Shown: piece by piece, positions 16,754 to 26,731 of the stretch
How the letters are laid out: each line of letters opens with the position of its first letter
Position numbering within the stretch: the stretch's first letter is position 1
Source of the DNA: Acidaminococcaceae bacterium
Lineage (GTDB): Bacteria > Actinomycetota > Actinomycetes > Actinomycetales > Bifidobacteriaceae
DNA length: 32,836 nt
Assembly: GCA_963619075.1 (NCBI GenBank)
Contig: CAVEVJ010000022.1
Coordinates: forward strand, 1 to 32,836
Reading direction: 5' to 3'
Translations under genes and position numbers: made by a program
Notes under the pieces: model-generated
The model's database searches: none
The model's input: only the letters and a program-made list of their open reading frames with translations
Told to the model about the DNA's origin: nothing

Positions 16754-18826
16754 TCAGGACTGCGAGTCCGCGTCCACGCTCATCACGTACACGTTGCGGC
16801 GCAACTGCTTGGACTGGGCGCGGGTGATCTCCCCGGCTTCGAGCATGTCTTGAATCACGCTAAGTTCGATGCCGTAGCTCTCGCGTTTCACGTCCTCCGC
16901 CTGGCTTTGCGCTTCCGCGCTGTTACCTACGTTCGGGCGTGAGCGCAAGGCGGCTTCGCCTCGACGATAGTCGAGCAGCAAGCCGGAGCAGTGCTCCGTG
17001 TTGTAGGTGTCCCGGCCCATTTCCTCATACAGACGATCGATCACGTGCTCGATCGCGTCCACCTGCACCGCGCGGGTGTGGGCGAACAACTCGTCGTCGC
17101 TGAACAACGGCGTGGTGCGCCTGATATGGCTGTTGACGCGACGGACCATGGTGTTGGCACGGCGCTGCAAAGCCCTGTAGCGGCCCTTGAGCCTCCACAC
17201 GGTATGACCGGAATCGTGTTCCGTCTCAATGTGGCGCAGCGATCTCATGATCTGGTCGAGCAGGCGCTCGCAGGCCTCGGCCTCCAGGTCGTCGAAGGCC
17301 TTGTTGTCGGAGGGGTGCTTCTTTACGTCGGAGAGTCGTTTCTTTACGTATTCCTTCTCCCAGTTGAGCGCGTCGATCTGCAGCTGCATGTAGCCCTGCG
17401 GGTCCTCCTCGCCGATGCGCTGCTTCAGCCGTGTGATGCGCTTCGTGTAGGAATCGATGACCATGAGCACCGCGCGTCGGTTTTCGGGCGTGACTCGTCC
17501 CGTCAGCTCCTCGACGGTGCGCCTGAGCACTTCGATGGTGATCTCGTTCATCTTCACGGACATGCCCTCGTTGCGGTTGGGGGCGAGCAGTGGCAGCAGG
17601 AAGTTGGCGAGCAGCAGTGTCACCACGATTACGCCGCCCGCTATGAAGATGAGTTCGTCTCGCATCGGGAACCATCCACCGTTGCTTACGGTGTAGGGGA
17701 TGGTGAACATCAGCGACAGCGTGATGGTGCCTTTGGCTCCGCCGAACGTCATAATCGCTGCCGAGCGCCAGCGCTCCTTCGTCATCTTGCGGCGCTGGTG
17801 AGTGACGGTGTCTCGGACCAGCCGCAGCATCGTCGATATCCAGATGAACCGCATGACTACCACCACGGCGGAGACTGTTGCGATCGCGACCAGCAGCAGC
17901 GAGTTGCTGACGCCCGGATCGTCCCAGCTGGTGCTCATCGCGTCGGGCAACAGCATGCCCAGCAGAATGAACACGGTGCCGTTGAGCGTGAATGAGAACA
18001 CACCCCACACACTGGACGAGACGATGTTCGTACGGGCCACGTTCGGGCCGATGCCGGTGTGGTCGAATCGGATGATCAGTCCGGCCGCGACCACCGACAG
18101 AATGCCCGATACGTGCGCGGCTTCGGCGCCCAAATACAGGATGAACGGCAGGAACAATTCCATAAGGATGCGACTGGTGGTCGTTTCCCAACCCATGGAA
18201 CGCAGGAATTCGAACAGCACGTCGGCAATCATGCCCACGGCGATGCCGAAAATAGCGCCGCCGAAGAACGAAACGACGAACTGCGCTGCGGATTGTCCTA
18301 TTTCAAAGACTCCGCTGACGGCGGCCGCAATCGCGAACTGGAAGCCGACGATGCCGGAAGCGTCATTGAACAGCGATTCGCCTTTCAACACGCTTGTCTG
18401 ACGTTGCGTGAGCGCCGCCTCCTTGCCGAGGGACGATACCGCGACCGCATCGGTAGGGCCGAGCGCCGCGCCAAGCGCGAGTGCCGCGGCAAGCGGAACG
18501 GCCGGCCATATGGCATTCAGCGCGAATCCTACGGCGGCCATGGTCGCAATTGCCAGTCCTATGGCCAGCGAAAGCGATAGTTTTGCGGATTTCAGCAGCT
18601 CTCTCTTGTCGATTTCGTGCGCTTCCAGGTACAGCAGTGGTGCGATGAACAGCACCATGAACAGTTCCGGATCGAGTGTCACGTCCGGAAAGAACGGAAG
18701 CTCGGCCGCCAACGCGCCCAGTGCGATCTGCACGAGCGGTGTGGAGACCTTTGGAATAAAGCGACTTATGAACGAAGAGAGCACAACGGCGGCAATAATA
18801 CATAAAATCAACTCGAATACCGCCAA
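16754..18826 (-). CDS. CPA1-family Na+/H+ antiporter (NhaP/YvgP-like) with long cytoplasmic C-terminus
   Basis: TTG start after AGGGAGG; LFIAPLLY, LGPTDAVAV, GESLFNDASG, HVSGILSVVAAG, GAKGTITLS. Confidence 0.92.
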   Translation of the reverse strand: MAVFELILCIIAAVVLSSFISRFIPKVSTPLVQIALGALAAELPFFPDVTLDPELFMVLFIAPLLYLEAHEIDKRELLKSAKLSLSLAIGLAIATMAAVGFALNAIWPAVPLAAALALGAALGPTDAVAVSSLGKEAALTQRQTSVLKGESLFNDASGIVGFQFAIAAAVSGVFEIGQSAAQFVVSFFGGAIFGIAVGMIADVLFEFLRSMGWETTTSRILMELFLPFILYLGAEAAHVSGILSVVAAGLIIRFDHTGIGPNVARTNIVSSSVWGVFSFTLNGTVFILLGMLLPDAMSTSWDDPGVSNSLLLVAIATVSAVVVVMRFIWISTMLRLVRDTVTHQRRKMTKERWRSAAIMTFGGAKGTITLSLMFTIPYTVSNGGWFPMRDELIFIAGGVIVVTLLLANFLLPLLAPNRNEGMSVKMNEITIEVLRRTVEELTGRVTPENRRAVLMVIDSYTKRITRLKQRIGEEDPQGYMQLQIDALNWEKEYVKKRLSDVKKHPSDNKAFDDLEAEACERLLDQIMRSLRHIETEHDSGHTVWRLKGRYRALQRRANTMVRRVNSHIRRTTPLFSDDELFAHTRAVQVDAIEHVIDRLYEEMGRDTYNTEHCSGLLLDYRRGEAALRSRPNVGNSAEAQSQAEDVKRESYGIELSVIQDMLEAGEITRAQSKQLRRNVYVMSVDADSQS

Positions 18827-19026
18827 CGTGCCCTCCCTTGCGCGTTTTTGTTCTGTTTTGGTTTGTTTTCCAAAATACGGGTTCCAGACTATCAGGGAGC
18901 TTTTATGCGCGTGTTTCGTGCAGGAGGTTTTACACGCAAAGCTTACGACTTGCGTGTTCGGCTGTGATGTTGGCACGTTTCGCTTTGGCGGTTGCCTGGG
19001 TGATTCGGCATCTACACTTGGGCTGC

Positions 19027-19476
19027 ATGCAGTGGGATGAACGAATGATGCTGGCGATTGATCTTGCGCGGGATGCGGCGGCCGATGGCGAAGTGCCCGT
19101 CGGTGCCGTGGTACTGAACAAGGATGGCCAGGTGATCGGCGGTGGTCGGAATCGTCGTGAGGGGCATATCGATCCGTTGGCGCATGCGGAGGTGATGGCC
19201 ATGCGCCAGGCGGCCCTTGCGCTCGGCACATGGAATCTTTCCGAATGCACGCTGCTGGTCACCTTGGAGCCTTGTCCGATGTGCGCAGGAGCGTGCCTGC
19301 AGACGCATATCGGACGTATCGTGTTCGGAGCGTGGGATGCCAAGCTTGGCGCTTGCGGATCAATTTGGGATATTCCGCGAGATCCGCATGTGGGGCATGT
19401 TCCGGAAGTGGTGGGCGGTGTGCTCGAATCGGAATGCGCGCGCATTCTGACGGATTTCTTTACCGATCGCAGATAA
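19027..19476 (+). CDS. tadA: tRNA-specific adenosine deaminase
   Basis: GEVPVGAV, DPLAHAE, TLEPCPMCAGA, VFGAWDAKLG; TACACT -10-like hexamer 8 nt before the ATG. Confidence 0.9.
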   Translation: MQWDERMMLAIDLARDAAADGEVPVGAVVLNKDGQVIGGGRNRREGHIDPLAHAEVMAMRQAALALGTWNLSECTLLVTLEPCPMCAGACLQTHIGRIVFGAWDAKLGACGSIWDIPRDPHVGHVPEVVGGVLESECARILTDFFTDRR

Positions 19477-19478
19477 AT

Positions 19479-19497
19479 ACTTTCCGAAAGAAACAAA
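19479..19497 (+). promoter_or_regulatory. Candidate ROK (RafR-like) operator upstream of the alpha-galactosidase
   Basis: ACTTTCCGAAAGAAACAAA matches 23421-23439 (ACTTTTCCAGAATAACAAA) at 14/19 positions. Confidence 0.4.
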
Positions 19498-19584
19498 CAC
19501 GCGGTGTCAGGTCAAGGAATAATCGCCGTCGTACCATCGAAGGTGACCAGTAACGACCATATTCCATATCGTAAGGATGCTGCA

Positions 19585-21879
19585 ATGACGCTCATTCAAA
19601 CCGTTCAGGGCAAGTCCTCCAACGGAACCCGACTCACCGCGGTCTACGCCGAACAAACGCCGGCGAACGTCGCGTTCGCAATCGTCTTCCCCGGCACCGA
19701 TCTGCCGCGACTCGTGCACTGGGGTCGCCCGCTTTCCGCGCCCGAAACCGTGATCGACCTGTTCGACGCACAGGCTCCGCAGCGTGTTTCCGGAGCGCTC
19801 GACTACACCGCATGGCCGAGCGTGCTGCCGACCCAGTCCGAAAGCTGGATCGGCGCCACCCGCTTCAGCGTAAGCCGTGACGGAATCGAACTGTTCTGCA
19901 AGTTCGTAGTCGACGACATCGCCGTCGAAAACGTGAAATCCGGCAACACCTACGAAATGAACGAAAAAGACGGTTACCCGGCATGGACCGTCTCCGACCA
20001 GCCCAAGCAGACGCCGACCGTCACCGTCACCGCCCGAGATGCGGAACAAGGCGTGAAGCTCGTCTGGACCTGCGAACTCGACGAAAGCGGCCTCATCCGC
20101 CAGAACGCCAACGTTATCAACATCGGCGACAGCAAGCTGGAAGTCGGCAAAGTGGAACTCGCGTTCACCGTTCCCGCCGACGCCAACGAAATCCTCACCA
20201 CCACGGGTCACCACCTGCGCGAACGCTCCCCGCAGCGCCAGGACCTCACCGTTGGACGCTTCGAAAAGACGTCCATGACCGGACGCCCCGACTTCGACGC
20301 AACCCTGCTGCTCAACGTGGGCGAGAAAGGCTTCGGATTCACCCACGGCAACGTATACTCCGCACACGTCGCATGGAGCGGCAACAGCGAACTCTCCGTG
20401 GAACGCCTGCCGTACACAAGCGGCATCATCGGCGGCGGCGAAGTGCTGTTCGGCGGTGAAATCGTCCTCGACACCAACGAGGGCTACACCACACCGTGGC
20501 TCATCGGCTCCTACGGCAAAGGACTCAACGAAGTGGCGTCCCACTTCCACTCCTACTTGCGCCGCGTACACCGCGACTGGCTTGCCGAACACAACATCGC
20601 ACCCAAGCCGCGCCCGGTAATCCTCAATACTTGGGAAGCCGTGTATTTCGGCCACGACTACGACACCCTCACCGCGCTCGCCGACAAGGCAGTGGAAAGC
20701 GGCGTCGAACGCTTCGTGGTGGACGACGGCTGGTTCGGCTCCCGCCGCGACGACACCTCCGGCCTCGGCGACTGGGAGATCTCGCAGGACGTGTGGCCCG
20801 ACGGAGACAAGTCCCTCAAGGCGCTCGCTGACTACGTGCATGGCAAGGGTCTTGAATTCGGCCTGTGGTTCGAGCCGGAAATGGTGAACCCCGATTCCGA
20901 CATGTTCCGCGCGCATCCGGATTGGGTGCTCATGCCGACCCGTAACCGTATGCCGATGCAGGGCCGTACCCAGCAGGTCGTGGATTTGACCAATCCCGAA
21001 GCGTACGCCTACATCTACAGCGCGATGGACAAGCTCGTCGGTGAGCTCGGCATCGACTACATCAAGTGGGACCACAACAAGCTCGTCACCGAAGCGGTCT
21101 CCCCGTACTCCGGTCGTCCCGCGGTTCATGAGCAGACGCTGGCCGTATATCGGATCTTCCATGATCTGAAGGCCGCGCATCCTGGTCTTGAAATCGAAAG
21201 CTGCTCTTCCGGCGGTGGCCGCGTGGACCTCGGCATTCTCGAAGTGGCCGACCGTATCTGGGCATCCGACTGTGTGGATCCGCTGGAACGTGCCGACATC
21301 CAGCGTTACACGTCGCTGCTCGTGCCGCCGGAAATGATCGGCGAGCATGTTGGAGCGTCCCCCGCGCACTCCACGCATCGCGCGACCACGCAGGAACTGC
21401 GCATGGCGATGGCGTTCTTCGGACATATGGGCATCGAATGGAATCTGCTCAAGGAACCGCAGTCCGACATCGACAAGCTTGCCGAATGGGTCGCCGAATT
21501 CAAGAAGCATCGCGAATGGTTCGCGGTCGATACGGTGGTGCATTCCGATGCGGCCGATCCGGCCGTGCGACTGGACGGTGTGGTCATGCCGAACAAGGCG
21601 GCGGCAATCTACCGCTTCACCCAGGTGACCACCTCGCAGACCTATCCGGCCGCACCGGTCCGTCTGCCCGGCCTCGATCCGGACACCGTGTATGTGGTTT
21701 CGCCGCTTGATGTGAGCCTTGATCTGACCAAGCAGGACATCACCAATGGTCAGAGCCCGCTCGGCTGGTGGAGCGCCGATGGCGTGAAGATGACCGGTCG
21801 CGCGTTGGCCACCTACGGTGTGCGCCCGCCGTCCCTCCACCCGGCTCAGGCTGTGCTCTTCAAGGTCGTAGCCGCCTGA
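19585..21879 (+). CDS. aga: Alpha-galactosidase, GH36
   Basis: LNTWEAVYF, FVVDDGWFG, FGLWFEPEMVN, YIKWDHN (nucleophile), ESCSSGGGR, WASDCVD (acid/base). Confidence 0.96.
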   Translation: MTLIQTVQGKSSNGTRLTAVYAEQTPANVAFAIVFPGTDLPRLVHWGRPLSAPETVIDLFDAQAPQRVSGALDYTAWPSVLPTQSESWIGATRFSVSRDGIELFCKFVVDDIAVENVKSGNTYEMNEKDGYPAWTVSDQPKQTPTVTVTARDAEQGVKLVWTCELDESGLIRQNANVINIGDSKLEVGKVELAFTVPADANEILTTTGHHLRERSPQRQDLTVGRFEKTSMTGRPDFDATLLLNVGEKGFGFTHGNVYSAHVAWSGNSELSVERLPYTSGIIGGGEVLFGGEIVLDTNEGYTTPWLIGSYGKGLNEVASHFHSYLRRVHRDWLAEHNIAPKPRPVILNTWEAVYFGHDYDTLTALADKAVESGVERFVVDDGWFGSRRDDTSGLGDWEISQDVWPDGDKSLKALADYVHGKGLEFGLWFEPEMVNPDSDMFRAHPDWVLMPTRNRMPMQGRTQQVVDLTNPEAYAYIYSAMDKLVGELGIDYIKWDHNKLVTEAVSPYSGRPAVHEQTLAVYRIFHDLKAAHPGLEIESCSSGGGRVDLGILEVADRIWASDCVDPLERADIQRYTSLLVPPEMIGEHVGASPAHSTHRATTQELRMAMAFFGHMGIEWNLLKEPQSDIDKLAEWVAEFKKHREWFAVDTVVHSDAADPAVRLDGVVMPNKAAAIYRFTQVTTSQTYPAAPVRLPGLDPDTVYVVSPLDVSLDLTKQDITNGQSPLGWWSADGVKMTGRALATYGVRPPSLHPAQAVLFKVVAA

Positions 21880-21911
21880 TTCGCGACGGTTCGGGAGTAC
21901 TGACCAAACCC

Positions 21912-22144
21912 GACTATCCCCGTATCGACGCAGGACGTATCACCTGCGTCGATACGGGGATACCAGCCGAGTTTGACTATCTCCATACCGACGCAAACGC
22001 AGGGTTTCGCGGTTGTATGGGCATAGTCGTCAGTCTCCGGTATGTCCAAACCGACGCAAATACGGGAGTTTGCGGTCGTATGGGTATAGTCGCCGGACTT
22101 CAGTATGTCCGTATCGACGCAAACCGTCGAATCTACGGGCATGC
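21912..22144. repeat. Four degenerate 63-bp tandem units, each an inverted repeat (REP/BIME-like)
   Basis: TATxxCCxxAxCGACGCA core in units starting 21912, 21975, 22038, 22101; the first unit has a perfect 20-bp stem (21915-21934 / 21943-21962). Confidence 0.8.
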
Positions 22145-22191
22145 AGGCATGCAGGCATGCGGATGGTAATGAACGCAGCGTTGCGGCGCAT

Positions 22192-23394
22192 TTACTCCAC
22201 GTATTGACGAATGGCTTGCGTTGCGGCGGCCTTCCCCCACAGAGCCCAATCGTGGTTGGGTATTTCGAAATCCACTGGCGAGGCTTGGCTGTGCCGATAA
22301 TGGTTGATGCCATTGCGCAGATCGTCGATGCCGAGTCTTGCGATGAACGACGATTCGCCTGCGATCATGATTTTTTCCGGCATGGCCAGATTGGCGATCG
22401 CCGCCACCATCGTGCCTAGGCGGAAGCAGGTGCGATTCACCAAATTCGTGGCTTGCGGTTTGTTCGCACGCGCATCTCGCGCAAAGTCTTCGAATGAGAC
22501 AGGAACGCCAAGTATCTGCGAATATTCGGCTGTGATCGAGTTGTCGGACAGGCACTGCGCGCACCCCTTATGACCGGAAACGCAACGCGGTCCATCCGGG
22601 TCGAGCGGTATGTGGCCCACCAGACCGTAGCTTTTATCGGGGCAGCTCACCATTTCCCCGTTTATGGCAAGCGAATATCCCACGCCGGCGCCAATCGTCA
22701 GCACGGCGTAGCTGTTCAGTCCGACTCCCGATCCAAACCAGCATGCGTCGACCAGCAAAGAGTCGATATCGTTGTAGATGCCGGTCGGAAGTCCGGTTTC
22801 GTTATATACCATCTCCGACAGGTTCACCGGTTGCGACCAGTGCAGGAACGGCGCGAACGTGACTATCGAATCGTCAATGGTATGGCCTCCGAGAGAGACG
22901 CCGACGGCGCAGGGCTGCGGCCATCCCGTCAGCACAGCTTCCGTAGCGCAGTCGGTCACCAGTTGTTTGACGACTGCGACAACCGATTCGGGTGAGGTTT
23001 CGGTGAGCGGCAGGTCGTGGCATCCGGTGATGATTCGACCGAGCGCGTTCACTGCTACGGCCGATATGTGCGTCGCGTTGATTTTCATACCGACGAACGT
23101 ACGTGCGTTCTTGATCACGCGCAGGCCGACCTGTGGTCTGCCACGGCGTTCCGAACTGTCCTTCACCGCGAATCCTTTCGGCAGTTTGCCGCAATGTCCG
23201 GCGGTGATCGGAACCTCTTCGATTACTCCGTTGTAAATTAAATCGCTGGTGATACGGGAGACGGCACCCTGCGAAAGTCCAAGAATCTGGGCAAGCGTGA
23301 TGCGAGAGATCGGCCCGTATTTCATAATGCTCGCCGCAACCTTATGCGTATATTCCGAGCCCTCGAACCACTGGGGGAGGGGGTGTCTTGCCAT
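22192..23394 (-). CDS. ROK-family transcriptional regulator (RafR-like)
   Basis: N-terminal HTH (ISRITLAQILGLSQGAVSRIT...RGRP), YNDIDS, TIGAGVG, GHIPLDPDGPRCVSGHKGC zinc region; lies between aga and the sugar ABC genes. Confidence 0.92.
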   Translation of the reverse strand: MARHPLPQWFEGSEYTHKVAASIMKYGPISRITLAQILGLSQGAVSRITSDLIYNGVIEEVPITAGHCGKLPKGFAVKDSSERRGRPQVGLRVIKNARTFVGMKINATHISAVAVNALGRIITGCHDLPLTETSPESVVAVVKQLVTDCATEAVLTGWPQPCAVGVSLGGHTIDDSIVTFAPFLHWSQPVNLSEMVYNETGLPTGIYNDIDSLLVDACWFGSGVGLNSYAVLTIGAGVGYSLAINGEMVSCPDKSYGLVGHIPLDPDGPRCVSGHKGCAQCLSDNSITAEYSQILGVPVSFEDFARDARANKPQATNLVNRTCFRLGTMVAAIANLAMPEKIMIAGESSFIARLGIDDLRNGINHYRHSQASPVDFEIPNHDWALWGKAAATQAIRQYVE

Positions 23395-23420
23395 CGGTGT
23401 CACGTCCTTAGAACAACTTA

Positions 23421-23439
23421 ACTTTTCCAGAATAACAAA
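23421..23439 (+). promoter_or_regulatory. Candidate ROK operator in the divergent regulator/SBP promoter
   Basis: 14/19 match to the site upstream of aga; TAAAAT -10-like hexamer at 23489-23494. Confidence 0.4.
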
Positions 23440-23581
23440 ATCTCGGTCTTTTTCTTTTCAGCCTGCGCAAGGCACGCGGAGGTAGGAATAAAATCTACTC
23501 CTCCTTACCATCGATAGGGGTGACGGACCAGTGAAGGAGCTGAGTTCCGCCGCCGACAATGAGGTAGTAAAGGAGTCGAGA

Positions 23582-24874
23582 ATGAAACCTGATTCCGTAT
23601 CCAGTGTAGGAAAGATCAGGAGAATTGCATACCGTGCGTTCGCATCCATGTGCGCGGTGGCACTCACGGCCGGTCTCGCGGCCTGCGGAAACGACACTGC
23701 GGCAACAGTGACCTTGGACTTTTTCCAGTTCAAGGCCGAGGCGGCCGACTGGTTCTCCGCCAAAGCAAAAGAATTCGAAAAAACCCATCCCAACATCACA
23801 ATCAATGTCAACAATTCCTCCGACGCAACCACCGATCTGCGCACGAGACTGGTGAAGAACCGTGAACCCGACGTGATCACCATCAACGGCGACATCAACT
23901 ATGGCATGCTTGCCGAAGCGGGCGTGTTCTACGACTTCACCGACGATCCGATCGTGGACGAGCTCAATACGGGCATGGTGAAAATCGCCAAGAGCCTCGT
24001 CCAGACCACTGACGAATCCAAGAAGCGACTGTATGGCCTTCCGTATGCGGGCAACGCCAGCGGATACATCATCAACGCTGATGTGTGGGAGCAGGCGGGC
24101 GAAGATCCCGACAATCCTCCGCAGACATGGAGCGAATTCATCGCGTTGCTGCAGCGATTCAAGGACAAGGGCATCGTGCCGATCGAAGCGAGCACCGCCG
24201 ATCCGTGGACTTTGCAGGCTCCGCTTTCCTCGCTGAACTCCACGCTGGTTCCGGAATCCGAATACAGCTCGCTGAAGGACGGAACGAAGAAATTCTCCGA
24301 TTTGTGGGGCACCGTCAGCGAGCAGCTGGTGGAAATCTACCAGAACTACACGCAGGCGAATCCCGCCGTCACCTATCAGCAGGCGACACAGGATCTTGCG
24401 GCCGGCAAGGCTGCGATTCTGCCGCTCGGCACCTACGCCATTCCGCAGGTGCGTCTGATCGATGAGAACGCGAACCTGCGATTCGCGCAGATGCCGGCCA
24501 CCGACGATGTCGACGAGCAGCAGCTCACCGCCGGCGACGACGTGATCCTTACGATCGGCGCGCATACCAAGCATTACGAGGAAGCCCGCGAATTCGTCGA
24601 TTTCCTGATGGAAGAGGAGAACGTGGAGGACTATTCCAAGCAGCAGTCCGCGTTCACCCCGTATAAGGAAACCTACGTGGGCGACGAAGCGCTCAACGGC
24701 GTGCTCGATTTCTATCAGGAAGGCAACCTGACCGACTTCTGCGATCATTACGTTCCTGCCAGCATCAACATCGCAGGCTTCCTGCAGACGTTGATCCAGT
24801 CGGGAGACGAGCAGAAATTCCTCGACAACATGCAATCCGAATACGACAAGATCCAGGCGAGAAACTTTAGGTGA
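23582..24874 (+). CDS. Sugar ABC transporter substrate-binding lipoprotein (raffinose/MsmE-like)
   Basis: AAGGAG RBS; lipobox LAAC; LDFFQFKAEA, PDVITING, LPYAGNASG; adjacent to the GH36/ROK genes. Confidence 0.9.
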   Translation: MKPDSVSSVGKIRRIAYRAFASMCAVALTAGLAACGNDTAATVTLDFFQFKAEAADWFSAKAKEFEKTHPNITINVNNSSDATTDLRTRLVKNREPDVITINGDINYGMLAEAGVFYDFTDDPIVDELNTGMVKIAKSLVQTTDESKKRLYGLPYAGNASGYIINADVWEQAGEDPDNPPQTWSEFIALLQRFKDKGIVPIEASTADPWTLQAPLSSLNSTLVPESEYSSLKDGTKKFSDLWGTVSEQLVEIYQNYTQANPAVTYQQATQDLAAGKAAILPLGTYAIPQVRLIDENANLRFAQMPATDDVDEQQLTAGDDVILTIGAHTKHYEEAREFVDFLMEEENVEDYSKQQSAFTPYKETYVGDEALNGVLDFYQEGNLTDFCDHYVPASINIAGFLQTLIQSGDEQKFLDNMQSEYDKIQARNFR

Positions 24875-24888
24875 GGGGAGGAAAGAAA

Positions 24889-25827
24889 ATGACTGGCAAT
24901 ACCGCAAATCCGAGCGCTGCCAAGCAGGGCAGGAAGCCGGCGAAGAAGAAAGTGTCGCAATTTTCCAATCGCAAGGTCGATCCGGCATTCTATTGGATGA
25001 CCATTCCGGCCGCGATTCTTGTAGCGGTCTTCCTGTACTGGCCCTTCCTGCAAGGTGCGGCATACTCGTTCACCAATTCGCAGGGATACGGTGATTTCAA
25101 GTTCATCGGCATCAAGAACTACATTGCGATGTTCCAGGATTCGCGTGTGGGACATGCGTACCTGTTCACCATCTTCATCGCGGTGCTGATTACCATCGGA
25201 ACGAATTTCATCGGCATGTTCCTGGCGGTGCTGCTGAATTCCAGAATCGCCTTCAAGAACGGATTCCGTGCCATCTTCTTCATTCCGTACACTCTGTCGG
25301 TGCTGGTTATCGGCTACGTGTTCAAGTACATCTTCATGACTCCGCTTCCGGCTCTCGGCCAGGCCCTGCATATCGATTGGCTGTCCACGTCGATGATTTC
25401 CAATCCCGACCTGGCGTGGTTCCCGATCGTGTTCCTTTCCATTTGGCAGGGCGTGGCGTATTCCACACTGCTGTACTTGGCGGGCCTGCAGACCATCGAC
25501 AACGAGATCTACGAGGCCGCATCCATCGACGGCGTGAACGCGTGGCAGAACTTCTGGCAGATTACCTTCCCGCTGATCGGCCCCTTCTTCACGATCAACA
25601 TGGTGCTGAGCCTCAAGAACTCGCTTGGCGCGTTCGATCAGGTCATGGCGTTGACCAAGGGTGGCCCGGATTCCAAGACGGAGACCGTCTCCTACCTGAT
25701 CTTCCAGAACGGCCTTGGCAATGGCGAGTACTCCTACCAGATGGCGAACGCGGTCACGTTCTTCATCGTGCTTGCGGTTCTCGCGTTCGTGCAGCTGAAG
25801 TTCTTCAGCGGCAAGGAAAAGGTCTGA
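24889..25827 (+). CDS. Carbohydrate ABC permease (MsmF-like)
   Basis: YSFTN, FIGIKNY, EAA loop YEAASIDG, LTKGGP. Confidence 0.93.
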   Translation: MTGNTANPSAAKQGRKPAKKKVSQFSNRKVDPAFYWMTIPAAILVAVFLYWPFLQGAAYSFTNSQGYGDFKFIGIKNYIAMFQDSRVGHAYLFTIFIAVLITIGTNFIGMFLAVLLNSRIAFKNGFRAIFFIPYTLSVLVIGYVFKYIFMTPLPALGQALHIDWLSTSMISNPDLAWFPIVFLSIWQGVAYSTLLYLAGLQTIDNEIYEAASIDGVNAWQNFWQITFPLIGPFFTINMVLSLKNSLGAFDQVMALTKGGPDSKTETVSYLIFQNGLGNGEYSYQMANAVTFFIVLAVLAFVQLKFFSGKEKV

Positions 25828-25846
25828 GGGTAAAGGGGAAGAAAAC

Positions 25847-26725
25847 ATGACTAACGCAACTGTTTCGTCAAAGGCTTCGTCGAACACTTCGTCGAAGACT
25901 GAAAAATACCGCAAGGACCATAACGTCAACTGGTGGCTTACCGCGGCCGTGGCCGTGCTGAGCCTCACCGTGCTCGTGCCGCTGTATTTCACCGTAGTCA
26001 CCGCGTTGAAAACTCCGGGAGAGGCCGGCACGTTCAGCCTGCCGACCTCGTGGGAATGGCATAACTTCGTGGATGCGTGGAACAAGGTGGATTATCCGAA
26101 GGCCGCGCTGAATTCCGCGATCATCACCGTGTGTGCGGTGGTGCTGACGCTGCTGACCAACACGTTCGTCGCGTATGCGGTGGCGAGGAACATGGATAAA
26201 CGATTCTTCCGCTTTCTGTACTACTTCTTCCTGGCCATGATGTTCGTGCCGTTCACGGTGATCATGCTGCCGATTGCCAAGGAGATGGGTACGCTGCATC
26301 TCGACAACCAGCTTGGTCTGATCATTCTGTACACGATTCTCGGCATCGGCACGAATCTGTTCATCGCGATCGGTTTCATCCGTTCGATTCCGGTGTCGTT
26401 GGAAGAGGCGGCGCGCATTGACGGCGCTTCCACCTGGCGCATTTTCTGGACGATCATCTTCCCGCTGATGGGACCGATCAACGCTACCATTGCGATTTTG
26501 ACCGCGCTGTGGGCTTGGAACGACTTCCTGCTGCCGTTGATCACGCTGACCGATCAGAGCAACCAGACCATTCCGCTGGCCCAGTACGTGTTCCAGAGCC
26601 AGTTCACCTCGAATTATCCGATGGCCTTCGCATCCTACTTGATGGCCATGGCTCCGGTGCTCATCGTCTACATCTTCGCCCAGAAGTGGGTCGTCGGAGG
26701 CGTAATGCGCGGAGCCGTAAAGTAA
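25847..26725 (+). CDS. Carbohydrate ABC permease (MsmG-like)
   Basis: LEEAARIDGAS, WNDFLLPL, AQKWVVGGVMRGAVK. Confidence 0.93.
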   Translation: MTNATVSSKASSNTSSKTEKYRKDHNVNWWLTAAVAVLSLTVLVPLYFTVVTALKTPGEAGTFSLPTSWEWHNFVDAWNKVDYPKAALNSAIITVCAVVLTLLTNTFVAYAVARNMDKRFFRFLYYFFLAMMFVPFTVIMLPIAKEMGTLHLDNQLGLIILYTILGIGTNLFIAIGFIRSIPVSLEEAARIDGASTWRIFWTIIFPLMGPINATIAILTALWAWNDFLLPLITLTDQSNQTIPLAQYVFQSQFTSNYPMAFASYLMAMAPVLIVYIFAQKWVVGGVMRGAVK

Positions 26726-26731
26726 GCGGTC

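Noticed and set aside
18827..19231. Apparent N-terminal extension of the antiporter, and of TadA from 18838
   Set aside because: The extensions overlap each other and are low-complexity; a TTG start with RBS at 18826 and an ATG at 19027 fit the families.
19507..21840. 777-aa antisense ORF opposite aga, and similar long antisense ORFs (7861-9072, 9733-11016, 23495-25063, 28338-29720, 31410-32801)
   Set aside because: Shadow frames produced by high-GC codon bias of the real genes; no recognisable motifs.
21912..22144. CRISPR array
   Set aside because: Units are degenerate along their whole length, there are no identical repeats with unique spacers, and no cas genes are in the window.
21768..22313. 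Repeat-protein ORFs 21768-22169 (+) and 21846-22313 (-)
   Set aside because: They overlap neighbouring genes, lack an RBS, and follow from the 63-bp DNA period.
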